UHGV virus genome: UHGV-1366123
Reading direction: 5' to 3' (one strand)
Length of the DNA stretch: 64,000 nucleotides
Source of the DNA: a virus
The translations under genes were made by a program, and so were the position numbers. The notes beneath the pieces are model-generated. The model ran no database searches, was not told the DNA's origin, and was given only the letters and a program-made list of their open reading frames with translations. Of the stretch, positions 19,228-28,198 are shown piece after piece (the stretch's first letter is position 1; every line of letters starts with the position of its first letter).

Positions 19228-20097
19228 ATGCCAGTAAAGTTTATAGCTTGTACAGATAAGAACTTCGCTGTTGGAAACGATAGCAAACTTCTGTTCAGAA
19301 TTCGAGAAGATATGAAGCTGTTCCGTGAGCTGACGATGGGAAGCATTGTCGTCATGGGCAGGAAGACCTTCGAAGAGATCGGAAAGCCACTTGAAGGTAG
19401 AATAAACATTGTTCTATCAAGATCGGACATTTCTATTGGAGGTGTTCACGTTTTCCGATCGATGGAAGAATTGAAAGCTTTCTGCATGACATCTGAAAAT
19501 CGACAGAAAGATGTCTTTGTGATTGGTGGTGCAGAAATGTGGGAACTCTTTAGAAGATATGTTTCACAGATCCACCTCACGAAAGTCCCAGATGACTGTC
19601 CCGAATACGACACCGTCTTCCCTCATGATCTCTTGACGGCTTTCACACTCGTTCATAAGAATCAGATCGGCATCTATGAAAAGAACTATCAACCGATTGT
19701 CCATGAAGTCTATGACAGACAGAAGGATGTGACGGTTATGAACCGCAAGAATGATAAGCTCGTACCTTTGAGATTTGTCGATGTTCTTGAATATGTCGGT
19801 GATAAACCATCAACGATTCTTAAAGACGATTCAGTGAAGATACTTGCAAATGACAGAATCGCTGTAAAAACTGATCTTCGTGTTTATGAACTTCCTTTAG
19901 ACACGCTTGTCAGTGTGGATGTCGTTCCATCAGTTTTTATGGACAACGGACTGATGATTGCAGGTTGGGATATCTTTGATGATGACTTTATCGTTTACAT
20001 GACACTGATTGGAAAGAAGTCGATTTCACTGAAACGTGGTGATATCATAGCAGACGTTAATTTCTATTCTCGTCATCCTCTGATTTACGCCCCATAA
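19228..20097 (+). CDS. folA: dihydrofolate reductase with a C-terminal dUTPase-like beta-barrel extension; paralog 3 of 3
   Basis: IVVMGRKTFEEIGKPLEGRINIVLSRS and VFVIGGAEMWELF ... IHLTKV match the E. coli FolA blocks ([35 protein letters not shown]). About 130 extra C-terminal residues carry AGWDIFDDDF and KRGDIIADV. Confidence 0.8.
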   Translation: MPVKFIACTDKNFAVGNDSKLLFRIREDMKLFRELTMGSIVVMGRKTFEEIGKPLEGRINIVLSRSDISIGGVHVFRSMEELKAFCMTSENRQKDVFVIGGAEMWELFRRYVSQIHLTKVPDDCPEYDTVFPHDLLTAFTLVHKNQIGIYEKNYQPIVHEVYDRQKDVTVMNRKNDKLVPLRFVDVLEYVGDKPSTILKDDSVKILANDRIAVKTDLRVYELPLDTLVSVDVVPSVFMDNGLMIAGWDIFDDDFIVYMTLIGKKSISLKRGDIIADVNFYSRHPLIYAP

Positions 20098-20108
20098 AAA
20101 ACCGAACA

Positions 20109-20327
20109 ATGAATATGGACAAGAAGTACAGCGGTTATATCGTGATGAGTGATGGACTTCTATCACCGAATGACCAAATCTCGTACAATGGTTCTGTTTT
20201 CACATATCTTGGGAAATCACAGAGTTCAAGTGGTGAGCTTTGTGGTGTCTTCAAGAATGGTGAAGTAGAATGCTTTATCCCAGTCAGAATCGTAAGATCA
20301 ATGAAGGACAAGAAACTCGTGTACTAA
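20109..20327 (+). CDS. hypothetical small protein
   Basis: 72-aa ORF in a gene-dense context. Confidence 0.35.
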   Translation: MNMDKKYSGYIVMSDGLLSPNDQISYNGSVFTYLGKSQSSSGELCGVFKNGEVECFIPVRIVRSMKDKKLVY

Positions 20328-20351
20328 GGAAGATACTCTCCTTGGCTCTCC

Positions 20352-20433
20352 TTGGTATTTCCCTTGATTTCTGAATCCATTGGAGGTGTGAAAGCCTTCA
20401 GAAATGGTTTCGAGGTCAAGGGAAATACGTCTC
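20352..20433. repeat. PeSL-like inverted repeat (GGTATTTCCCTTGA ... TCAAGGGAAATACG) in the 240-bp non-coding gap
   Basis: 14-bp arms flank about 50 bp. A variant of the dispersed arm consensus. Confidence 0.45.
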
Positions 20434-20573
20434 TGAAAATCTCTGAATATCCGTGAACCACTCCCCATTTCCGTATGATAGGAAATATGGCAGGTCGATT
20501 GTAAGACAAACCAACCAATAAACAATAATCAACATCAACATTCGACAGACAACAATCAATCAATCAAGCAAAA

Positions 20574-21302
20574 ATGGACATTATCAAAAACCTCGGTTAT
20601 AACCAACATGGGATACTGGACAACATCCAGAAGCTGTATCTCGACGGAAAGCCGATCGATTGTGACATCACTTATTCCAAAGGTGCTTTCTATGGAAAGT
20701 TCAAAGTGAAGGAAGCAGATGGAGAAACTCGTGAAATCACAATCGAACAACCTCGACTAAAGTTTGATGTTTTCCCACTTTCGGAAGATGTTCAGAAGAT
20801 AGAACCCTTAAAGCCACTTCCACTCGAAGATCAATCGATCGAATCAATGATGATCGACCTACCGTTTATCGTCAGACCAACAAAGCCAGACACGTCGGTG
20901 ACTGATGAAACTGGGTCGAAGATGTTCAACCGATTCCAAGGTTTTCACACTCCAGACGACATGTATGAAACGTACTGGTTCTGGATCAACGAAGCTTATC
21001 GTGTGCTGAAGGTCGGTGGTACGCTTCTCTTCAAGACACAGAACACGATTTATGGCGGTATCAACCACAATACTGAGTTTTTCTCGTTCATGTGTGCCGA
21101 GAGAGCAGGGTTTGTCACCGAAGACACCTTCGTTCTTGGTGCAAAGTCGAGAATGATCTCACCATTTATGACCAAGCAGTTGCACGCTCGAAAGTTCACA
21201 TCGACTTTCTTCATCTTCAAGAAGCACAAATCCACAAAACATAAGAAGTTCAACTATTGGTCATTAATCCCAAAGCTTGAAGAATCTCATCATCATCAAT
21301 AA
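20574..21302 (+). CDS. hypothetical protein
   Basis: 242-aa ORF with a CA-rich leader and a C-terminal basic tail. No firm motif. Confidence 0.5.
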   Translation: MDIIKNLGYNQHGILDNIQKLYLDGKPIDCDITYSKGAFYGKFKVKEADGETREITIEQPRLKFDVFPLSEDVQKIEPLKPLPLEDQSIESMMIDLPFIVRPTKPDTSVTDETGSKMFNRFQGFHTPDDMYETYWFWINEAYRVLKVGGTLLFKTQNTIYGGINHNTEFFSFMCAERAGFVTEDTFVLGAKSRMISPFMTKQLHARKFTSTFFIFKKHKSTKHKKFNYWSLIPKLEESHHHQ

Positions 21303-21322
21303 TTAATACAAAACTAAACCGT

Positions 21323-23365
21323 ATGTCAAAATCAGAAATCGCTAACGAGTTCTTGAGTGATCTCGTCGTGCATTCGAAGTATGCGAACATTGTCCCAGAG
21401 GAACATAGAAAGCAGACTTGGGAAGAATGTGTGGCAGAACTGGAGAAGATGTTCATCAATGACTATCCTCATCTTGAGGGAGAGATCCGTGAGAACATGA
21501 AGATGGTGTACTCAAAGAAGGTGTTCCCATCAATGAGATCGATCCAGTTCGGTGGTCTCCCAATCTCGTATAATCCAACACGAATATACAACTGTTCTGC
21601 ACTTCTTCTTAATGATACAAAGTGCTTCTCAGAGATCATGCACATTCTCTTGAGTGGGACAGGAATCGGTGTTTCTATCCAAAAGCGACACATCGACAAT
21701 CTCCCAGAAGTCAAGAAACCAACCAAGAAGAAGCGTTTCCTCATCTCAGATTCTATCGAAGGTTGGGCAGATGCCGTTCGTATGCTCTGTTACTCTTATC
21801 TTCGTGGGAATCCTTACCCAGAGTTCGACTATCGTGACATCCGCCCAAAGGGATCAATCATCAAGAAGTTGAACTGCTATGCACCAGGTCATGAAAGACT
21901 CAAGAAGTCAATCGAACAGATCGACAAGGTCTTCAAGACAGCAGTTGGTCGAAAGCTCACACCTCTTGAATGTCTTGATATTTCTTGCTTCATCGGTGAT
22001 GCTGTGGTCAGTGGTGGTGTGAGAATGGCTGCAATGATCATGTTCTTCGATAAGGATGATGAAGCAATTATGACTGCAAAGTCAAATGTTCCACTTCGAA
22101 GTGCAACAGTAGAATCTGAGGACGATAAGAACTGGTACATCAAGGTAGAACCGAAGAACATCGACGACTTCTATGGTGATGAATCACGAGTTATCACTGT
22201 TCGCAAGAAGTTCGGTGACTTTGACAATTCTTGGGACTTTGACAACATCTGCAAGAATCTCTCTGCAAGTTGGTACTACGTGCATCCTCAGAGAGCAATG
22301 AGTAACAACTCTGCAGTACTTCATCGTGATGATACCACACGTGAAGAACTCGAGAAGTTGATGAGAATCGCAGATTCGAACAAGTCTGGAGAACCAGGTC
22401 TTTTCTGGACGAATGACTATGACATGATCTCGAACCCATGTGGCGAGATTGCGCTCAACGACTGTCAGTTCTGTAATCTTTCAACGATCGTTGCCTACGA
22501 TATTCGTACGCAGGAAGAGTTTAACCATCGTGCACGAGTGGCATCATTCCTTGGAACTCTCCAAGCAGGTTACACGAACTTTCACTACCTCCGCCCAAAG
22601 TGGAAGGAACAGACCGAAAAGGAAGCACTTCTGGGGGTATCTTTGACAGGTATTGCATCGGGAACTATCCTTTCTCTCAATGAAACCGAAGCTGCATTGT
22701 GTGCAGTAGAAGAAAACAAGAGAGTGGCAAAACTCATCGGTGTAAATGAAGCACAAAGAGTAACGACGATCAAGCCCGAAGGGACATCAACGATCGTTGC
22801 TGGTGTGTTCGGAAGTGGGATTCACTCTGCTCATGCTGAATACTACGTTCGCAACATTCGCATTCTGAAGTCTGACCCAGTTTACACTTATCTGAAGATC
22901 AACGCTCCAGATTTCCTTGATGATGAATATTCCGATAAGGACAAAGCCGTGTTCTCTGTTCCTATGCGAGCAAATCACGACTGCATCTTCAGAACGGAAT
23001 CCACCTTCGACCTTCTTGAGAGAATCAAGAGATTCAACGAGAACTGGATAGCACCAGGTCATATCTCTGGAGCAAACAAGCACAACGTCTCCTCGACTGT
23101 CTACGTCAAAGATGGTGAAATCGATAAGGTCATCGAGTGGATGTGGGATAATCGTAATTCCTATTCTGGTCTCACGATTCTTCCTTTCGATGGTGGTACT
23201 TACAAACAAGCACCTTTCCAAGATATCACGAAGGAAGAATATGAACAGATGCTTGAGAAGTTCCCGACGAATCTCGACCTTTCTAAGGTTTATATCGAAG
23301 ACATCAAGACTACTCAATTCGAATACGCTTGCGCAGGTGGGGCTTGTGAAGTGAAGTCCGTTTAG
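21323..23365 (+). CDS. nrdJ: ribonucleotide reductase, class II (adenosylcobalamin-type, monomeric NrdJ-like)
   Basis: Active-site NPCGEI motif, a second Cys pair CQFCNLS, and a C-terminal redox pair CAGGAC. 680 aa. Confidence 0.8.
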   Translation: MSKSEIANEFLSDLVVHSKYANIVPEEHRKQTWEECVAELEKMFINDYPHLEGEIRENMKMVYSKKVFPSMRSIQFGGLPISYNPTRIYNCSALLLNDTKCFSEIMHILLSGTGIGVSIQKRHIDNLPEVKKPTKKKRFLISDSIEGWADAVRMLCYSYLRGNPYPEFDYRDIRPKGSIIKKLNCYAPGHERLKKSIEQIDKVFKTAVGRKLTPLECLDISCFIGDAVVSGGVRMAAMIMFFDKDDEAIMTAKSNVPLRSATVESEDDKNWYIKVEPKNIDDFYGDESRVITVRKKFGDFDNSWDFDNICKNLSASWYYVHPQRAMSNNSAVLHRDDTTREELEKLMRIADSNKSGEPGLFWTNDYDMISNPCGEIALNDCQFCNLSTIVAYDIRTQEEFNHRARVASFLGTLQAGYTNFHYLRPKWKEQTEKEALLGVSLTGIASGTILSLNETEAALCAVEENKRVAKLIGVNEAQRVTTIKPEGTSTIVAGVFGSGIHSAHAEYYVRNIRILKSDPVYTYLKINAPDFLDDEYSDKDKAVFSVPMRANHDCIFRTESTFDLLERIKRFNENWIAPGHISGANKHNVSSTVYVKDGEIDKVIEWMWDNRNSYSGLTILPFDGGTYKQAPFQDITKEEYEQMLEKFPTNLDLSKVYIEDIKTTQFEYACAGGACEVKSV

Positions 23366-23391
23366 TATTGATTGATTATTGATTGTGTCGT

Positions 23392-23423
23392 CGACCTCCG
23401 TGGGATAAAAACCACGGAGGTCG
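23392..23423. terminator. 12-bp perfect stem CGACCTCCGTGG / CCACGGAGGTCG followed by ATTTTTATAAG
   Basis: Read directly. Lies after nrdJ. Confidence 0.55.
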
Positions 23424-23454
23424 ATTTTTATAAGATAATAAAAAACCTGTAAGA

Positions 23455-23940
23455 ATGATTATCACGTTTCTCATCATAATCGTCTCTTTCATCCTCTTGT
23501 TCTATAAGACGATCAAACTCTACAAGTACACTTCAGATTGTTTCACAAACATCGTCGAAAATGAAACGATTCAACTAAGGTACAGGATGAAAATCGATGG
23601 ACAAGACGTAAAGAATGTCAGAAAGACAATGTTCAACGTGCTTTATGTTTTTGTGGTTATACCAGATGAAGTGAGAAAGGCAGATCATATGAGCTACATC
23701 ATAAGCCACTTACAGCTGATCGAAGAATCATTACAAGTTCAGAATCTTTATGGTCTTGTAAGTTCTTCACGTGAACAGTTTGTAAGTGAAGAAAATGATA
23801 AAGAAAGAACGATTTATCTCGTAAAGTTCAAGCCGATCATTTATGGTCTTGATCTTTGGAGAATCCTTGTCTTCATTTTCTCTATAATCGTCGCAATTTA
23901 TAATAAAGAAATAGCAGAACTGATATGGCTAATGTTTTAA
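23455..23940 (+). CDS. membrane protein with N- and C-terminal transmembrane helices
   Basis: Hydrophobic segments IITFLIIIVSFILLF and ILVFIFSIIVAIY. Confidence 0.45.
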   Translation: MIITFLIIIVSFILLFYKTIKLYKYTSDCFTNIVENETIQLRYRMKIDGQDVKNVRKTMFNVLYVFVVIPDEVRKADHMSYIISHLQLIEESLQVQNLYGLVSSSREQFVSEENDKERTIYLVKFKPIIYGLDLWRILVFIFSIIVAIYNKEIAELIWLMF

Positions 23941-25016
23941 GTGGGAACGATCCTTCCTACATCCTTAACCCAAAGATAAGAACAAGAGAGCGGTCTATCG
24001 TTTTCTCGAATAACCAGTTTATGGACAGTTTTGGAAGAACTTTCCTTGACATGTCCGAGTTCTCTGTAAAGTGTGAAAGATCGTCATCGACGATAATCAC
24101 GATTGATCCATACGAAGAGGTTCAGATCCCTTCATTCAAGAACGTGATCTTCACATGTTTCGGTGGATCTGTTGCACATATGAACGATGCACAGATTCGA
24201 TCGAAGCAGACTTTACACTTCGGTATGAATGTGGAAGTCGAGAATCCGAAAGATGCACTGTCGTGGAATTCCAAAACTACTCATCTGAACATAAGTTTTG
24301 TGTTCCCACCTTTAATGAGTGAAGGTATCGACGGAATAGCTAACCTCCAAACACAGCGTATAAACATTCAAAGATACCTCTCGAAATCTGGGAAATATGT
24401 CGGAGATGTTGAAGATATCACTTTTGAGCATCTTCATACGCATGTAAAGTTCAACATCCACTACGAATATGACGAGATTTTGAATGAACATGATCTGAAG
24501 ATAAGCGACTTCAAAGTAGGTGGTAAGTTCAGTGGAGGTGGAGAAATCGACACTGAGTGCAACGTCACGAAAAAGTCACGAGTTTTTATGCTCTCACCAA
24601 ACATAGACTATCAGTTGGATGGTGTTGAATCTGTTCGATTCCTTTATAGTCGGGAAACATGGGAGAAACTATGTGACAACGGAGCTATTCTGAGAAAGTA
24701 CACTGCTCTTGGAAGTGAAGAAGATGTCCGATTAGAGCACGACATGTTCCAATCAAAGTTCTCTGTCGCAGAGTTCCGTGGGATTTCGATCATTCTTGAA
24801 AACAACTCAGAAACCGAAGGTCTTCTTCAAGAGGTCTCTGTAGAAAAGATCTACAAGAAGTATGATGAATCGTTCAGTTGTTCGATCACGTGTGGTAGTC
24901 TCCGAGAACACGACGTTTATCACAGCTTCGGTTTTGTGAGACCCCAAGGAAACAACGTATCTTTCAGAAATATAACAAGAAAAAAGATCGATTTACAAGT
25001 TTTATCTTATGAATAA
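23925..25016 (+). CDS. hypothetical protein
   Basis: 363-aa ORF. Confidence 0.5.
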   Translation: MANVLSGNDPSYILNPKIRTRERSIVFSNNQFMDSFGRTFLDMSEFSVKCERSSSTIITIDPYEEVQIPSFKNVIFTCFGGSVAHMNDAQIRSKQTLHFGMNVEVENPKDALSWNSKTTHLNISFVFPPLMSEGIDGIANLQTQRINIQRYLSKSGKYVGDVEDITFEHLHTHVKFNIHYEYDEILNEHDLKISDFKVGGKFSGGGEIDTECNVTKKSRVFMLSPNIDYQLDGVESVRFLYSRETWEKLCDNGAILRKYTALGSEEDVRLEHDMFQSKFSVAEFRGISIILENNSETEGLLQEVSVEKIYKKYDESFSCSITCGSLREHDVYHSFGFVRPQGNNVSFRNITRKKIDLQVLSYE

Positions 25017-25296
25017 ACTCAACCTTTTATCAATCCTTAAGGTGTTGGTAAAGCAGGAACTGGGAAATGTCACAGTCAATGGCAATCTCCTCAGTTACAA
25101 CAGTGGTGTGGTGTCCAATAATGTCACAGGTCGTACATACAACGTAGTGGCAAACTACAATTCACTGAATCCAAATGTTGTATCTTGTATGTTCTCTACT
25201 TCACAGGGTACGAGCCACATGGTCTTCGTAAGAGGTCAAGAACGATTTGATCTTCTTCTGAAGCTCATGGAAGTATGTCAAGACAAGCAAATGTAA
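25009..25296 (+). CDS. hypothetical protein
   Basis: 95-aa ORF overlapping the previous stop. Confidence 0.4.
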   Translation: MNKLNLLSILKVLVKQELGNVTVNGNLLSYNSGVVSNNVTGRTYNVVANYNSLNPNVVSCMFSTSQGTSHMVFVRGQERFDLLLKLMEVCQDKQM

Positions 25297-25317
25297 CTTT
25301 TTAATTTCAATCCAAAT

Positions 25318-25581
25318 ATGACTAAGAAAGAATTCATCACAGCTCTCGCAGAGCAGACTGGTGCAACTAAGACGCAGGTAGAAGCCATCATCGGTGCTTA
25401 TCACAAGACTATCATCGAAAGTCTTAAGAAGGATGAGCCAGTGACCTTCGTTGGCTTCGGTACGTACTCATCCAGAGTTCGCCCAGAGCGTGAAGCCTTC
25501 AAGCCTGGTACTAAGGAAAAGATGACAGTACCTGCAAAGAAGGTCGGTAAGTTCAAGATGTCAAAGTCTGTAGAACTTTAG
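25318..25581 (+). CDS. hup: HU/IHF-family DNA-binding protein
   Basis: MTKKEFI ... LAE ... beta-arm GFGTYSSRVRPEREAFKPGTKE, typical of the HU fold. 87 aa. Confidence 0.85.
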   Translation: MTKKEFITALAEQTGATKTQVEAIIGAYHKTIIESLKKDEPVTFVGFGTYSSRVRPEREAFKPGTKEKMTVPAKKVGKFKMSKSVEL

Positions 25582-25616
25582 TAGAAAAAGGAGATAAACG
25601 AATTCGCAATGAACGG

Positions 25617-25650
25617 ATGGGCTGGTCTTTGGAAACATAGACCAGCCCAT
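25617..25650. terminator. stem ATGGGCTGGTCT / AGACCAGCCCAT followed by TTCGTATAAAAATAC
   Basis: Read directly. Lies after hup. Confidence 0.5.
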
Positions 25651-25774
25651 TTCGTATAAAAATACTGAAAATATCGAAAATGACGACGGAATCGACACCG
25701 ACGAACACTGACGAGTATCTTCGATATAAAAATGGAAAGAACGAATTAGTCAAATCAAACTTAATAAAGAACAA

Positions 25775-27205
25775 ATGAAAGCCAAGAAGCATCACGTGGG
25801 CATGTTTGACCACATGTTCCAAAAGGGAAAGATCACATTCTTGCTGGATGGTTACTCCGCAGGTTCATCTGGGAAGGGCAAATGTGAATCTCTGATCGTA
25901 AAGAACACGTCGTTTGGATCTAAAGACAGTGATAAGCGTCTTGCAGTCTGTACCACAAACTCTGCAAATGCGTCACATTGGGTTTATGATGACGGCAAGA
26001 AGATGATGTTCGAAGTCCTCCCTTCATCGGCTTACCTGTACGAAAAGCTCGAGTTCGTGGCTATCGGTCACGGTGCGTCGTTCTCCGTTGAACGTCTCTT
26101 CGAAGAAATCAAGATGAGCGGTCTTCCCCTCGATAAGCTCTTCATCCACCCCAAGGCAGGGATCATCACCAAGATCGACGAAGACTACGAAAAGGGTCTT
26201 TGTGATATCGACGGCAACTATTCGTCACAAGACCACGACGGCACAATTGCAGGTGGTTCAACTTGCTCTGGATCTGGTGCAGTTCGTGCAAAGAAGGTCG
26301 TTCGAAACAAGACGGTGACTTATGCTTACCAAGTCCCAGAACTCAAGCAGTTCATCTGTGATGTCGAAAAGCGTCTTATGACGTTTATGATCAATGGAGG
26401 ATCAGTCCTTCTGCAGATTGGTCAAGGTTTCCCACTTTCGTATGGTCTCGGCTATAACAAGCAGAACTCAACAAGTCGAAATGTGACAATCAGTGCAGCT
26501 TTGGATGATATGAATCTTCCTCCATTCTTCGCAGGTGACGTTATCTTGAATGGTAGAACTTATCCGATCAAGATCAACAACAAGAAGTATCGCCTTATTG
26601 GTGGGAAGCCAGTTGTCCGACTTCACAAGAACTCGGAATCGACGCTCAAGTACTACGCTCATAAGCATCTGTTCGACTTCATCGAAGGAGATGATCACGT
26701 TTCTATCGTCACACGTAAGGAATTCATCAACTTCTACGAAATGCGTGAGTTCCCCTACCTTGAATACGAAGTCATCGAATCGTTCAGTGGTACTGGTTAT
26801 TCTCCAATCTGGAACGAAGAAAGTCACCAGCGAGAAATCACGTGGGAAGATGTCGAAAAGAACTATGGGAAGACAATCCCAGATGATGTAAAATGCACGT
26901 CACTTACCAAGCTCCCCCGAAGAGTCTTTGAGTTCGATAAGAGCCTTCTGCACGACGGTATTCTCTACAATCTCTCTCCAAATGGCAAAACTCATATTGT
27001 CATCAACTTCGTCAACTGGGTAGATGGTGAAATGGACGGAGAACGTGAGAAGATCACCGAAAAGGTCGAAGATTGGCTCTCCAAGAACATGTTCGGCGAA
27101 ATCGACACTATCAACAAGCTCGTAGGTGGTAATGATGAAAAGGTCGTGCTTTCTGTACTCGGGACTGGTCGTGAATCCGACGACTTTGTCGCTGTAGAAC
27201 AGTAA
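25775..27205 (+). CDS. purZ: adenylosuccinate synthetase homolog with a non-canonical P-loop; candidate PurZ (N6-succino-2-amino-2'-deoxyadenylate synthase)
   Basis: PurA fold blocks are present (GYSAGSSGKGK P-loop, TNSANASHW, GGSTCSGSG), but the canonical GDEGKGK, with its catalytic Asp, is GSSGKGK here. A PurA homolog in a phage alongside purB and mazG matches the Z-base cluster. Confidence 0.7.
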   Translation: MKAKKHHVGMFDHMFQKGKITFLLDGYSAGSSGKGKCESLIVKNTSFGSKDSDKRLAVCTTNSANASHWVYDDGKKMMFEVLPSSAYLYEKLEFVAIGHGASFSVERLFEEIKMSGLPLDKLFIHPKAGIITKIDEDYEKGLCDIDGNYSSQDHDGTIAGGSTCSGSGAVRAKKVVRNKTVTYAYQVPELKQFICDVEKRLMTFMINGGSVLLQIGQGFPLSYGLGYNKQNSTSRNVTISAALDDMNLPPFFAGDVILNGRTYPIKINNKKYRLIGGKPVVRLHKNSESTLKYYAHKHLFDFIEGDDHVSIVTRKEFINFYEMREFPYLEYEVIESFSGTGYSPIWNEESHQREITWEDVEKNYGKTIPDDVKCTSLTKLPRRVFEFDKSLLHDGILYNLSPNGKTHIVINFVNWVDGEMDGEREKITEKVEDWLSKNMFGEIDTINKLVGGNDEKVVLSVLGTGRESDDFVAVEQ

Positions 27206-27231
27206 TTTCCTCTCTTCAAAGGAACAATCCG

Positions 27232-27279
27232 CAAGAATGGGGTCATTGTGACAATAAGCACACAATGACCCCATTCTTG
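27232..27279. terminator. perfect 19-bp stem CAAGAATGGGGTCATTGTG / CACAATGACCCCATTCTTG followed by TTATAAGATTAATAAAAAACG
   Basis: Read directly. Lies after purZ. Confidence 0.6.
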
Positions 27280-27336
27280 TTATAAGATTAATAAAAAACG
27301 TAGCAACCCCCCCCACACCATTTCAAAATCTTCATT

Positions 27337-27738
27337 ATGACAAAAGACGACTGCACAAGCATTAAGAAGATACTACGGATTTCTACGATAGTTTTCTTCG
27401 TTATCACTACGATTTACTTCATTGTCGCAATTATGCGTATTGCAAACATAGGAAGTGAAAACAAACCTCACGAGATAATCGATTCGTTGAAATACACAAA
27501 CTCTGTCTATGAACACGATGTTCGAAAGTTGAAGGCGCAGATCGATTCACTTTCCCTACAAAACGAGATATCTTCAAAAAAGATCGATTCACTTGAAAAT
27601 GTCGTCGACACGAAGACATCTTCACTAAGGAAAGCAGAGAGCGCAATGCGAGCAAAGAAGCTGAATTTCTCCAAAGACGTGTTCGAAGTCGAACAAGAAC
27701 TAAGACAAAACATCCAAGAATATGAAAAGAATAATTAG
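27337..27738 (+). CDS. type-II membrane protein with coiled coil (i-spanin-like topology; function unknown)
   Basis: N-terminal TM IVFFVITTIYFIVAIM followed by heptad-rich sequence. Confidence 0.4.
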   Translation: MTKDDCTSIKKILRISTIVFFVITTIYFIVAIMRIANIGSENKPHEIIDSLKYTNSVYEHDVRKLKAQIDSLSLQNEISSKKIDSLENVVDTKTSSLRKAESAMRAKKLNFSKDVFEVEQELRQNIQEYEKNN

Positions 27739-28120
27739 TCTCTCGCTCTTGATGCTCATCTATGGTGTAACAGTGTCACATGCGCAGAACATAGAAATCT
27801 CGAAGAAAGATGCTGTCATAATCAACCACATGTTTGATCAACACAAGCAACTTCTTGAAATCTCCACAATGAAGGATTCGATCATGCAGTCGTTGAGGGA
27901 AGTCGTGGACAACAAGACACTTATCATTGAAAACCAACTTGAACAGCTTCGCAAGTATGACGAAATGATGATGAAGAATGACACGATCATTAATAACCAT
28001 AAGAAGATGGCGGAGATCTATGAGAAATCTCTGAAAAAGGAAAGACAAAAGTCAGTATTTTGGAAATATGTTGGACTTCTTTCCTCTGCAGTGGCTATCA
28101 CCGCATTCATCATAAAATAG
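27722..28120 (+). CDS. secreted or membrane-anchored coiled-coil protein (signal peptide plus C-terminal TM)
   Basis: MKRIISLSLLMLIYGVTVSHAQ signal-like N-terminus. C-terminal VGLLSSAVAITAFII. Confidence 0.4.
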   Translation: MKRIISLSLLMLIYGVTVSHAQNIEISKKDAVIINHMFDQHKQLLEISTMKDSIMQSLREVVDNKTLIIENQLEQLRKYDEMMMKNDTIINNHKKMAEIYEKSLKKERQKSVFWKYVGLLSSAVAITAFIIK

Positions 28121-28198
28121 GCTCTCCGAGCTTAAGGAAGGTATTTTCCTTGCGCTCTGGAATATCGACGAATATTTTCACCCCAATCAAATCAAGAA

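Noticed and set aside
20574-21302. DNA methyltransferase call for the 242-aa protein (DLPFIV and VLKVGGTLLF resemble MTase motifs)
   Set aside because: No clear DPPY/NPPY or FxGxG AdoMet motif. Resemblance too weak to annotate.
22787-23317. 176-aa minus-strand ORF inside nrdJ (similar antisense ORFs at 33117..33704 in terL, 62096..62629 in MCP, 26900..27316 in purZ, 36878..37303 across groES/groEL, 58060..58596, 4488..4973)
   Set aside because: Fully embedded antisense to strongly supported, motif-bearing genes. Typical shadow ORFs of AT-rich DNA.
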